A DNA stretch of 64,000 bases, from contig JAQBHB010000014.1 of NCBI GenBank assembly GCA_032128115.1, forward strand, positions 26,052 to 90,051, written 5' to 3'. Below, piece after piece: positions 1 through 9,521 of the stretch. The stretch is from Deltaproteobacteria bacterium (GTDB lineage Bacteria; Myxococcota_A; UBA9160; SMWR01). The notes under the pieces are model-generated. The model was not told where the DNA came from and searched no databases. It saw nothing but the letters and a program-made list of their open reading frames with translations. Position 1 is the first letter of the stretch; every line of letters starts with the position of its first letter. The translations under genes and the position numbers were made by a program.

Positions 1-1269
1 CAGCAGGTAGGTGGAGAGAAGCTGTCCCAGGAGACGCAGGTCTCCAAAGCGGACCGGGCCTGCGCCTGGGACCGGATCAGCCCCGGGAACGGCGGCCGCG
101 TCGGCAACCGCAGCGGGTCGGGCGAAGACCCAGTCGCCCTGCCCCGCCGCGACGCTCGGGGCCGGTCGCGACCACGGATGCGGGGCTCCGCCCTCCGACC
201 GCTGCGACCGCTCCGACCGCGGCGGGTCGCTTCCGGAGACGACCCAACGGCGCGCCTCGATTGCCCCGCGCACCGCGTGGCGCACCAGCCGGTGTATGGC
301 CTGGGGGTCCCCGAAGCGTACCTCCCACTTGGCCGGGTGGACGTTCACGTCGACGGACTCCGGCGGGAGGTCCAGGAACAGGACGGCGGCCGGGAAGCGC
401 CCGCGAGGCAGCAGATCCCGGTAGATCTCCACCAGCGCGTGCTGGAGCATGCGATCGCGAACCGGACGCCGGTTCACGAACCAGTAGACCCCGGCCAGGC
501 TCGCCCGATGGCGGTCGGGCCGGGAGACGAAGCCCTGGATCCGAGCCTCGCCCTCGTCGCGCGCCACCGGCACGAAGGCCGCCGCATCCTCTTCGCTCAC
601 CACGGCCGCGATCCGGTCCAGTGGATCGGGGCTGGCGGGCCAGCTCAGAGCCGGGCGATCGTCGCGCAGCACGTCGAAGTGGACATCCGGGCGCGCCAGG
701 GCCGCTCGGGCCAGCCAATCGGCTGCGTGGCCCCATTCCGTGGTCACGGCCTTGAGGAATTTTCGGCGCGCGGGGATCCCGACGAACAGGTCGGCCACCT
801 CCACGCGAGTGCCCACCGCCCCCCCTACCGGGCCCTCACTCACCGGGCGGCCCCGGTCGATCTCGAGACCGAATCCCTCCGCTGCGCCCTCGAGCCGGGT
901 CGCCAGGCGCAACCTCGAGACCGACGCGATGGCCGGGAGGGCTTCGCCGCGGAACCCATAGGTTCGGATCCCCTGGAGATCCTCGGCGGTCGCAAGCTTG
1001 CTGGTGGCGTGGCGCTGGAGCGCCAGCCGGGCATCGATCGGCGCCATGCCGCTGCCGTCGTCGCTCACCGCGATCCAGTCGCGCCCTCCCGCGCGGACCT
1101 CCACACGAATGCGACGGGCACCCGCATCCAGCGCATTCTCCACCAGCTCCTTCACCACGGAGGCCGGACGCTCCACCACCTCGCCCGCGGCGATCTGGTC
1201 GATCAGCCCGTCGGGCAAGAGCCGCACGGGGCCCGCCCGGGCCCCTCCCTTTTCGCCAGCCACCGTCAC
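1..1269 (-). CDS. mutL: DNA mismatch repair protein MutL (3' end runs off the window)
   Basis: Minus-strand translation from GTG at 1269: VRLLPDGLIDQIAAGEVVERPASVVKELVENALDAGARRI..VSDDGSGM, the MutL GHKL N-terminus; reads ..DLRLLGQLLSTYLL at the window edge. Absent from the ORF track because there is no stop in the window. Confidence 0.96.
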   Translation of the reverse strand, partial: MTVAGEKGGARAGPVRLLPDGLIDQIAAGEVVERPASVVKELVENALDAGARRIRVEVRAGGRDWIAVSDDGSGMAPIDARLALQRHATSKLATAEDLQGIRTYGFRGEALPAIASVSRLRLATRLEGAAEGFGLEIDRGRPVSEGPVGGAVGTRVEVADLFVGIPARRKFLKAVTTEWGHAADWLARAALARPDVHFDVLRDDRPALSWPASPDPLDRIAAVVSEEDAAAFVPVARDEGEARIQGFVSRPDRHRASLAGVYWFVNRRPVRDRMLQHALVEIYRDLLPRGRFPAAVLFLDLPPESVDVNVHPAKWEVRFGDPQAIHRLVRHAVRGAIEARRWVVSGSDPPRSERSQRSEGGAPHPWSRPAPSVAAGQGDWVFARPAAVADAAAVPGADPVPGAGPVRFGDLRLLGQLLSTYLL

Positions 1270-1325
1270 AGGTACCCCCTCGCGGCGATTACCACGCCTG
1301 CGAGCGTTTCGTCAACAGCCTTCAT

Positions 1326-1384
1326 TTTGCGGGGAGTTGACACCCGCAAATGCATTGACAAGCATGGGCAACTCCCCATAGGGT
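1326..1384 (+). promoter_or_regulatory. Putative sigma70-like promoter with overlapping inverted repeats in the divergent mutL / regulator gap
   Basis: TTGACA at 1337-1342 and 1355-1360; TAGGGT at 1379-1384 (18-nt spacer); inverted repeats tttgcggg/cccgcaaa (1326-1350) and ggggagttg/caactcccc (1331-1377). Confidence 0.45.
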
Positions 1385-1528
1385 GCGTTTGCCTCGGCGG
1401 GCGGCGAAGTGCACTCCAAGTGTGGGGTTTGGAGGTTCCACCGGCATGATCAGGGTGTTTCTTGCCAACACCACGGCTCCCGACTTCCGTCGGGGCGACT
1501 GCTCCGTCACTTCCGGCGCAGCTGCGCG

Positions 1529-2512
1529 ATGAGTGACGTCAGCGCGCGCCGTTCCGATGCGGAGTCCAACCCGTCCGCTGCCATCGATCGACCGTCGGGG
1601 CGTCGGCGCAGCGACCGCATCGTCGGTTCCGCACGCGCCACCCAGGATGTCGTTGCCCAGGCGATGGCCGCGGCCGCGGCGTCGTTGCCGGTTCGCTTGA
1701 TCGGACCCGCGGGTAGCGGAAAACAACACATAGCCCGCGCCATCCACACCTGGAGTGGTCGCGCCGGCGGCCCGTTCGTGGTGGTGTCTTGCCTGACCGT
1801 GAATGAAGGCCTGCTCGGCCGTGAGTTGTTCGGCTGCTCCGCGTCGGCCTATCCGGAGCTTCCCGACGAGCACCCCGGAGCCCTCGCCGGCGCCGCTGGC
1901 GGGACCCTGCTGCTCGACGGAATCGATCGCCTGCCCGAGGCCCAGCGCCAGGCCCTGGCCAAATGCTTGGCTGAGGGGCGATTTCAGCGCCAGGGCGACG
2001 GTGCCAGCGTAGCCCTGCGGGCACGGGTGATGAGTTCGGCTCCGTCAGCGACAGACGCCTCCCCCTTCGGGGAGCTACCCCACATCACGATCCGCCTGTG
2101 GCCGCTGAACGAGCGGGCAGAGGACATTCTCCCCCTGGCGGCCCATTTCCTGCGTCTATACGCCGACGAGGCCGGCGTGACGCCCATCGGATTCACGGCC
2201 GATGCCCGCGAAGCGCTGATGGCCGAGAGCTGGCCGGCCAATGCCCGCGAGCTGGGCGAGCGGATCCGCCAGGCGCTGAAGCTGGCGGGATCCGGAGCCA
2301 TCACGGCCGAGGCCCTGCTGCTGGCGTCCGATGGCGACGACGTCCCCTCGTTCAAGGAAGCCAAGCGCGCGTTCGAGACCCGCTACGTGGTGGGGCTCCT
2401 GCGACGCTGCGGCGGCAACATCAGTCGCGCAGCGCGTCTGGCCAAGAAGGACCGCAAGGACTTCTACGACGTGATCCGACGCACCGGCGTGGATCCGTCC
2501 GATTACCGCTGA
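1529..2512 (+). CDS. Sigma-54-activator-like AAA+/Fis-HTH regulator with degenerate motifs and no sensor domain
   Basis: GPAGSGKQHIARAIH, PFVVVSC, RELFG, GGTLLLDGI, WPANAREL; C-terminal SFKEAKRAFE..GGNISRAARLA HTH. Confidence 0.85.
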   Translation: MSDVSARRSDAESNPSAAIDRPSGRRRSDRIVGSARATQDVVAQAMAAAAASLPVRLIGPAGSGKQHIARAIHTWSGRAGGPFVVVSCLTVNEGLLGRELFGCSASAYPELPDEHPGALAGAAGGTLLLDGIDRLPEAQRQALAKCLAEGRFQRQGDGASVALRARVMSSAPSATDASPFGELPHITIRLWPLNERAEDILPLAAHFLRLYADEAGVTPIGFTADAREALMAESWPANARELGERIRQALKLAGSGAITAEALLLASDGDDVPSFKEAKRAFETRYVVGLLRRCGGNISRAARLAKKDRKDFYDVIRRTGVDPSDYR

Positions 2513-2531
2513 GCCGCTTCGAGTCGGTCCC

Positions 2532-3365
2532 ATGCGCGTCGGCGTGGTCCAGATGACCTCCACCGACGACCTGACGGCGAACCTCGCAAACGCGCGAACG
2601 TTGCTGGCCGACGCCGTCGACCAGGGCGCGGAGTTCGTGGCGCTCCCCGAGAATTTCGCCTTCCTTCGCCGCGAGGGAACCGCCTTCCCGTGTGCCCAGG
2701 GACTCGAGGGCGAGATCGTGGGCGCCGTGCGTCAGATGGCGCGTGAGCACCGGGTGTGGCTGCTCGGGGGAACCTTTCCCGAAGCGGTGGAAGGCGCGTC
2801 GCGTATCCACAACACCAGCGTCGTGGTCTCGCCGGATGGGGAGATCCAGGGCGTCTATCGCAAGATCCACCTGTTCGACGTGGACCTGAGCGCCAGCGGC
2901 GGCGGCGTATTCACCGAGTCGGCGGTCTTCTCTCCGGGCAGAGAGGTGGTGGTAACCGAAACGCCCTTCGGATCGCTGGGCCTCTCGGTCTGCTACGACC
3001 TGCGATTCCCCGAGCTCTACCGACAGATGGCCGACCGGGGCGCCCGCTGGATCGCCGTGCCCAGCGCCTTCGCCCGGGAGACCGGCAAGGACCACTGGGA
3101 GGTGCTGCTGCGGGCCCGGGCCATCGAGAACCAGGCCTTCGTATTGGCCCCCGCCCAGTGCGGTCGCCACAGCGAGGATCGGGCCAGCTACGGCCGCTCG
3201 ATGATCGTGGACCCCTGGGGCCTGATCCTGGCGCAGGCGGCCGATCGGCCCTGCGCCGTGGTGGCAGACTGCGATCTGGCCGACCTGGAGCGGATCCGGG
3301 AGGGGTTGCCGGCCCTGCGCCACCGCCGGCTTTCGAGTCAAGGGCCGGTTCCGGGGGGCCGATGA
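2532..3365 (+). CDS. Carbon-nitrogen hydrolase (Nit1 / deaminated glutathione amidase-like)
   Basis: Catalytic triad motifs LPENF, YRKIHLFDV, VCYDLRFPE; HWEVLLRARAIENQ; YGRSMIVDPWG. Confidence 0.93.
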   Translation: MRVGVVQMTSTDDLTANLANARTLLADAVDQGAEFVALPENFAFLRREGTAFPCAQGLEGEIVGAVRQMAREHRVWLLGGTFPEAVEGASRIHNTSVVVSPDGEIQGVYRKIHLFDVDLSASGGGVFTESAVFSPGREVVVTETPFGSLGLSVCYDLRFPELYRQMADRGARWIAVPSAFARETGKDHWEVLLRARAIENQAFVLAPAQCGRHSEDRASYGRSMIVDPWGLILAQAADRPCAVVADCDLADLERIREGLPALRHRRLSSQGPVPGGR

Positions 3366-3408
3366 TCCGAGGGTCGCCCATCCCGCGGGGAGGGCGGAGG
3401 AGGCCAGC

Positions 3409-3732
3409 ATGTCCAGCGCCAATCCCGGGGAGACCCGCGGAGTTCTCGTGATCTCCAACGGCGAGTTCGAAGGCATGCGCTACGAGCTCAAATCCGACGA
3501 GACGATCATCGGGCGCAACCCCACCACGGACGTCACACTCCTGGACGAGAGCATCAGTCGCGAGCACGCCATCATCCTGTACGACGCGGGCAGCGACGGC
3601 TTCAGCATCGAAGATCTGCAGTCGACCAACAGCACCAAGGTCAACGGCAAGCGCATCCGCGCCACGCCGCTCGCCCACGGCGACGAGATCCAGATCGGCC
3701 ACACCCGATTCCAGTTCCTGAAGGAAGCGTAG
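3409..3732 (+). CDS. Single-domain FHA protein
   Basis: IIGRN, SISREHA, DLQSTNSTKVNG, GDEIQIG; GGAGG RBS upstream. Confidence 0.9.
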   Translation: MSSANPGETRGVLVISNGEFEGMRYELKSDETIIGRNPTTDVTLLDESISREHAIILYDAGSDGFSIEDLQSTNSTKVNGKRIRATPLAHGDEIQIGHTRFQFLKEA

Positions 3733-3743
3733 GCCCGTCGGCC

Positions 3744-4739
<996 letters not shown>

Positions 4740-4779
4740 CTGCGGACGATTGTGGCCCCGCCGGCCCCGATCCGCAAAG

Positions 4780-5460
4780 TCACGGGGTTTCGCGGCCGTT
4801 GCCGGCCCGCGGGCCCCGGGAGCGCTTGCGGCGCTCGTAGTAGCGCTGGGTGACCTCCACGACCTCTTCCAGGTCGTCGGTCACCTTGAACAACTGCATG
4901 TCGCGGCGCGAGATCATCTTGTCGCGAAGCGCACGCTCCTCGAGCCAACTCACCAGGCCCTTCCAGTAGTCGCTGCCGTACAGGATCACGGGGAAGTCGT
5001 GGATCTTGCCGGTCTGCTTGAGGGTCAGGGCCTCGAAGATCTCGTCCAGGGTCCCGAAACCGCCCGGAAGAGCCACGAAGGCGCACGCGTACTTCACGAA
5101 CATCACCTTGCGCACGAAGAAGTAGTTGAAGTGGATCACCGTGTCGGCGTAATCGTTGGGAGCCTGCTCGTTGGGCAGCTTGATGTTGAGCCCGATCGAG
5201 GAGCCGGGACCCTTTTGCGCGCCACGGTTGGCGGCCTCCATGATGCCCGGTCCGCCGCCAGTGATGATCGAGAACCCGGCGTTCGAGAGGGCCTCGGCGA
5301 TTCGGACCCCGGCCCGGTAATAGGCGGAGGACTTCCGCGAGCGCGCGCTGCCGAAGATCGAAACCGAGGGCCAGACGGGCCGCAGGGTTTCGAACCCCTC
5401 CACGAACTCGCCCATGATCTTGAAGACGGACCAGGTGTCTTTGGAAGTGCGATCCGGCAC
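4780..5460 (-). CDS. LOG family (TIGR00730-type) Rossmann-fold protein
   Basis: [43 protein letters not shown]; start estimated at GTG 5460. Confidence 0.92.
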   Translation of the reverse strand: MPDRTSKDTWSVFKIMGEFVEGFETLRPVWPSVSIFGSARSRKSSAYYRAGVRIAEALSNAGFSIITGGGPGIMEAANRGAQKGPGSSIGLNIKLPNEQAPNDYADTVIHFNYFFVRKVMFVKYACAFVALPGGFGTLDEIFEALTLKQTGKIHDFPVILYGSDYWKGLVSWLEERALRDKMISRRDMQLFKVTDDLEEVVEVTQRYYERRKRSRGPRAGNGRETP

Positions 5461-5507
5461 CTGGAACCTATCGGAGCGGCAGACGGGAGACTGAAATCCG
5501 CATCGGG

Positions 5508-5795
5508 TCAGGCCTTTTTGAACAGCCCGTCGACCTTGGAACGGGCCTCGTTCTGCTCGTCGGCCACCCCCCCGCCCTGCTGGCCCCCCGGCGTGAAATA
5601 GTCGCAGCGGTTGGCGCGGTCGCGTTGGGAGACGCGCTCGGCGTTGGACTCCCGGCACTCGTTGTAGGCGGAGGGGTCGTGGTGAGCGCAGTTGCGACAG
5701 ACGTGGAGATCGGCGCCGCACCCGCACTCGTCTCGGAAGCCGACCCGATTACCGGGCGCGATCTCCAGGCTCGCATCGCACGCAAAGCAGCGCAC
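5508..5795 (-). CDS. Small Cys-rich putative zinc-binding protein
   Basis: CFAC..ECGCG.DLHVCRNC..YNECRE..RANRCDYF; start estimated at GTG 5795. Confidence 0.75.
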   Translation of the reverse strand: MRCFACDASLEIAPGNRVGFRDECGCGADLHVCRNCAHHDPSAYNECRESNAERVSQRDRANRCDYFTPGGQQGGGVADEQNEARSKVDGLFKKA

Positions 5796-5919
5796 GCCGC
5801 GAGGCTGCGACACGCCCGGGCGGAATGCAAACGGCACCCGGCCGACAGCCGGTTGGAAAGGGCCTGCCCCCAGGGGAAACCCGTTCAGTTGGGCGTCTAT
5901 CGATCCGATACGCGCGGCG

Positions 5920-6252
5920 ATGGTCGCCGATCTCGAGGAACGCCCGCTCTACTCCACCCGCGCCGAGGATCCCAAGGCCGAGGAGGCCATCGATGCCTTC
6001 GTGGTGGGCCTGGCCGAGCGGATCGACGCCCTCCAGGACGCCGAGTGCGCCGGGCGGTTGGACAGAATGGCCGCACCCGCGGCCGCCCTGAAGGCCGATG
6101 CGGACGCCAACGGGTTCGACTCCCTGGCGCGCCGAGCCGCGGCGGTGGAGGCCAGCTGCCGGGAAGGCGACGTGCCGGGCGCGCGCAAGCACCTGATCGA
6201 CCTCACCGCCATCGCCAAGCGCGTCCGCATGGGCCACCGCGGCGCCTTCTAG
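5920..6252 (+). CDS. HPt-like four-helix protein lacking the phospho-acceptor His
   Basis: LYSTRAEDP..IDAFV..L.ERIDALQ..AAALKADADANGFDSL aligns with HPt AHxLKGxxGxxGF. Confidence 0.7.
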   Translation: MVADLEERPLYSTRAEDPKAEEAIDAFVVGLAERIDALQDAECAGRLDRMAAPAAALKADADANGFDSLARRAAAVEASCREGDVPGARKHLIDLTAIAKRVRMGHRGAF

Positions 6253-7034
6253 ATGAAGAACCACAGGGAGATCGTCTCTCCCAGGGCGTCGCGAAGACGG
6301 CCGTCGAAGGCCACCACGAACGCGAAGATCGCCAGATTGGTGGCGGCGTGCAGCACGATCACCGCCACCAGGTGCTTGCGGTAGTAGAACCAGAGCTGGC
6401 TCCCCAGGGCCCATACCCACATCACGGGCCACTCCCAGGGCATGTGGCTCAGGACGAAGAACACCATCACCACCGCGAAGCTCGACCCCGTGAAGTGGGC
6501 GATCGGGATCTTGCGGAAGTCGCGGCGGCGCCCCCAGATTGCGCCAAGCCTCGGCCTGCCCGACTCCGGGTCCCGGATTCGCAGCGACGTGGGAAGCGCC
6601 ACCTCCGCATAGCGGAGCAGCCAGCTTCGCATGAAGATCTCTTCGACGATGGGCGTCACCACGCCGTAGCCGATCCCGCGCAGCGTCAGCGCAAGCCCCA
6701 CGGCCGAGGTGCCCAGCAGCTCCGGATCGAAGGCGCCCGAATCCTCCGGCCGGATCGAATCGACCAGCACGAAGGGCGCCATCCAGATCGCCGCGCCCGC
6801 GATTCCCACCGCGATGTCCGCCAGCATCCAGGCATCGATCCGGTAGCCCCGAAGCTCCCGATATTCACCGCGCAGTGCGAAGAACGCGAACAGGGACCCG
6901 GGCACCAGCACCTGGAGGCAGAAGAAGGCGCCGGTGGCCGCTTCCGGCGCGCGCGCCTTGGCCTCGACGATCAGGAGGAACGAGACCAGCGGCAGCAGGT
7001 AGGCCGCGAATCCAGAGCCGCGCCGCGCCGCCAT
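6249..7034 (-). CDS. CAAX prenyl-protease-related (CPBP/Abi) membrane protein
   Basis: PIVEEIFMRSWLLR, FFVLSH, LHAATN motifs; multiple hydrophobic segments. Confidence 0.85.
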   Translation of the reverse strand: MAARRGSGFAAYLLPLVSFLLIVEAKARAPEAATGAFFCLQVLVPGSLFAFFALRGEYRELRGYRIDAWMLADIAVGIAGAAIWMAPFVLVDSIRPEDSGAFDPELLGTSAVGLALTLRGIGYGVVTPIVEEIFMRSWLLRYAEVALPTSLRIRDPESGRPRLGAIWGRRRDFRKIPIAHFTGSSFAVVMVFFVLSHMPWEWPVMWVWALGSQLWFYYRKHLVAVIVLHAATNLAIFAFVVAFDGRLRDALGETISLWFFI

Positions 7035-8950
7035 CAGAGCGGGCCTTCCGGCGCGGCTGCCGTCCCGGCGGCCTTGCGGGAGACCTCGTCGAGGAAAGCG
7101 GCGACCGAGTCGTCCGGGGCGAGCGCATTCAGGTTGCGCAGGGTAACCAGGGCCTCCTTCCAGCGTCCGGCATGGTAATACACGACGCTCAGATTCCGTT
7201 GCACCACGACCGTGTTCGGAGCTTCCAGAGCAGCACGCAGCAACAGGGTCTCCGCCCGCGCCGGGTAGTTCATGCGCAGCAGGAAGCTCCCCACCAGGCC
7301 GTTGTGGTTGACAGGCGCCGCGCCGGGTCCGAGCCAGCGGGCCAGCCGCGCCCAGGGGCCCGGATCCACATGGATTGCCTCGAGGCTGCGTGCGCGGGTG
7401 GCGTCGTCCACCGGGTCGGGCAACACAACGGGCGACAGCTGGCCGTTGGGCCCGTCGCGGCGCACGAACACGAGCGCTGTGCCGTCGAGATACACCGGCT
7501 TCCAGGCCGGGTCCGCCCAGAGCTTGCGCACCAGCGGCAGGCCGTCGTCCCGGTGCCCGAAGATCGCGTACTCGAACCCGAAGCGGCGCTGGGCGCGATC
7601 CCAGAAATCTGGATGGCTGGCCGCCAGATACAGGCGCATCAGCTCCTCGCCGCCCACGTCACCGCGCGAGTCGATGAACACCTTGTGGGCCGGGTCGCGC
7701 CACAGCAGCGTGCCTCCCAGATTGAAGCTGTTGAAACCGTTGCCCTTCAGGTCGTGGTCGGCGAGCCAGTCGGCGGCATCGAGGCCGAAGCTGACGCGGT
7801 CGATCTCCGACGCGAAGCGCGTGGGGCGGCTGCCAGAGTCGTAGTAGCTGCCCGTCACGACCCGAAGGGTCGTGATCGCTGCCACCGCCAGCACGCCGGC
7901 GAGCACGATCTGTCCGGCCCGTTTGAAGGCCCGGTCTCCCGGGAAGCGTCCACGCAGGGCGCCCACCGCGTCATCGACAGCGACACACAGAGACGGCAGC
8001 GTGGTCACGCCGAACAGCACCACGTTGCGGATCGAGAGCAGAGCGAGTCCCCCGAAAACCAGCACCAGCGCCGCATCGACCCAACGCCGGCGCCACACAT
8101 GGATCGCAAACGATGCGGCGCCCACCGCCAGCAGGATCCAGATGGCGTGCAGGTAGAGACTCAGACGCGCGTCGGCGCTGAAGCCCAGCGGCGACTTGAG
8201 CTCCCGGATCCACTGGCCGTAGACGTTTCCCCCGCCCATCCGCACGGCCAACAGGAACGGCTCGAGAATCGCCCGGTAGCCGTAGGGATTGACGAAGAGC
8301 ACGGCGACGCAGACAGCCGCCGCAGCCGCCAGGGGCGTGCGCAAGCTGCGTCGCCGCACCACCTCGTCGAGGGTGTAGATGGCGAGGATCGCCCACCCGA
8401 ATACGTAGAGGTGGGTGTTGATCCAGATCAGCTGCGCCACCGGCAGGAGCCACAGCGGCGCCTTGCGTCCCTGACGCCGGCGCTCGAGCACCCATAGGGT
8501 CGTCGCGGACAGCAGGTCGCTCACCAGCTCGGGGCGGATCGCGAAGCGCACCTCGCACATGAACAGGGTGGCAAGCCCCAGCGCGGACGCGGTGAGCGCT
8601 GTGCAGTGCCGGATGCGCAACACGTCCACCAGCAACAATCCGGTGGCCATGAGCAGGAGCCAGCGCACTGCGGTGAGACCGTGGGCGCCCAGCGAGCGGT
8701 AGAGCTCGAAAACACCCACGTCGAAGAGCCAGGCATAGGCCAGGAACGGGCGGTGGCTCACCGTGTAGGTGAAGGGATCGGTCTCGGGTACCGCGCCGTG
8801 GGCCACGACCCAGCGCCCCGTGGCCACGTGCGTCCCGAAGTCGAAATCGAAGATGCTGCGCCAGGCCAGCGCCGCCAGCAGCAACAGCAGGATTCCCGCG
8901 GCGAGCCGCCGGCCCGCGGAGGCCGTCAACACCGCGCGACTGCCCGACAC
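7034..8950 (-). CDS. Polytopic membrane protein (GT-C-fold-like) with C-terminal TPR
   Basis: DFGTHVATGRW..P.TDPFTYT, RPELVS, WINTH, GGTLLW..KVFIDSR; many TM segments; TPR-like tail. Confidence 0.7.
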   Translation of the reverse strand: MSGSRAVLTASAGRRLAAGILLLLLAALAWRSIFDFDFGTHVATGRWVVAHGAVPETDPFTYTVSHRPFLAYAWLFDVGVFELYRSLGAHGLTAVRWLLLMATGLLLVDVLRIRHCTALTASALGLATLFMCEVRFAIRPELVSDLLSATTLWVLERRRQGRKAPLWLLPVAQLIWINTHLYVFGWAILAIYTLDEVVRRRSLRTPLAAAAAVCVAVLFVNPYGYRAILEPFLLAVRMGGGNVYGQWIRELKSPLGFSADARLSLYLHAIWILLAVGAASFAIHVWRRRWVDAALVLVFGGLALLSIRNVVLFGVTTLPSLCVAVDDAVGALRGRFPGDRAFKRAGQIVLAGVLAVAAITTLRVVTGSYYDSGSRPTRFASEIDRVSFGLDAADWLADHDLKGNGFNSFNLGGTLLWRDPAHKVFIDSRGDVGGEELMRLYLAASHPDFWDRAQRRFGFEYAIFGHRDDGLPLVRKLWADPAWKPVYLDGTALVFVRRDGPNGQLSPVVLPDPVDDATRARSLEAIHVDPGPWARLARWLGPGAAPVNHNGLVGSFLLRMNYPARAETLLLRAALEAPNTVVVQRNLSVVYYHAGRWKEALVTLRNLNALAPDDSVAAFLDEVSRKAAGTAAAPEGPL

Positions 8951-8975
8951 GCACGCAGCGCCGAGATCATCTTCG

Positions 8976-9521
8976 CTAGCTGGAATCCGACTCCAGGGCG
9001 CTCACGATCCGATCGATCGCGGCATCGGCGATCTCGCGCATCTCGTCGTCTGTGCGGTCCTGGATGGGATGCGAGACGAATACCGCGGCGGGGTCCGCGC
9101 CCAGGGCCCGCGCCTGATGAGCGCCAGCGTCTTCGAACTCGACGGTCGCCACGTAGACACTGGGCAGGCCACGGGCCTCCAGGTCCACCATGTCGTGCAC
9201 ACTGCACGACGTACAGCTGCCTCAGTCGGCCAGGGCTTCGACCACGGCATCGCACTTCGTCGCGATCTCGTGGCGCAGATCGACCGGGGCGGGCTTGGCG
9301 AACGTGGGCTTGCGGAAGCGCACGACCACGGCGCCCCGTTCCCGCAGGCGCTCCTCGAGTCGATCGAGGAACAGGTCACCGCGCGGCTTCGAAATATCCA
9401 GAAGACCCAGCGTGCTGCCCCGCAACGAGCGCAGGCGCGGCGCGCGCGCTCGGGTGGGGGAACTCCGTTCCCCAGTGGGGTCCAGCAGGACGATGGGAGC
9501 CTGTTCGGCAGCGGAACTCAC
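8976..9521 (-). CDS. UGSC-family selenoprotein (Sec encoded by TGA at 9222-9224)
   Basis: ORFs 9222..(9521) and 8976..9200 are in frame and join as ..VVEALAD-U-GSCTSCSVHD..; GTG start 9521 overlaps the upstream stop (GTGA); SECIS-like hairpin follows the UGA. Confidence 0.9.
9192..9210 (-). promoter_or_regulatory. Putative bacterial SECIS element
   Basis: mRNA UGA-GGCAGCUGUAC-GUCGUGCA-GUG-UGCACGAC: perfect 8-bp stem with G-containing apical loop beginning 11 nt after the UGA. Confidence 0.8.

Noticed and set aside
178..1449. 423-aa plus-strand ORF
   Set aside because: Antisense shadow of mutL; the minus strand carries unambiguous MutL motifs.
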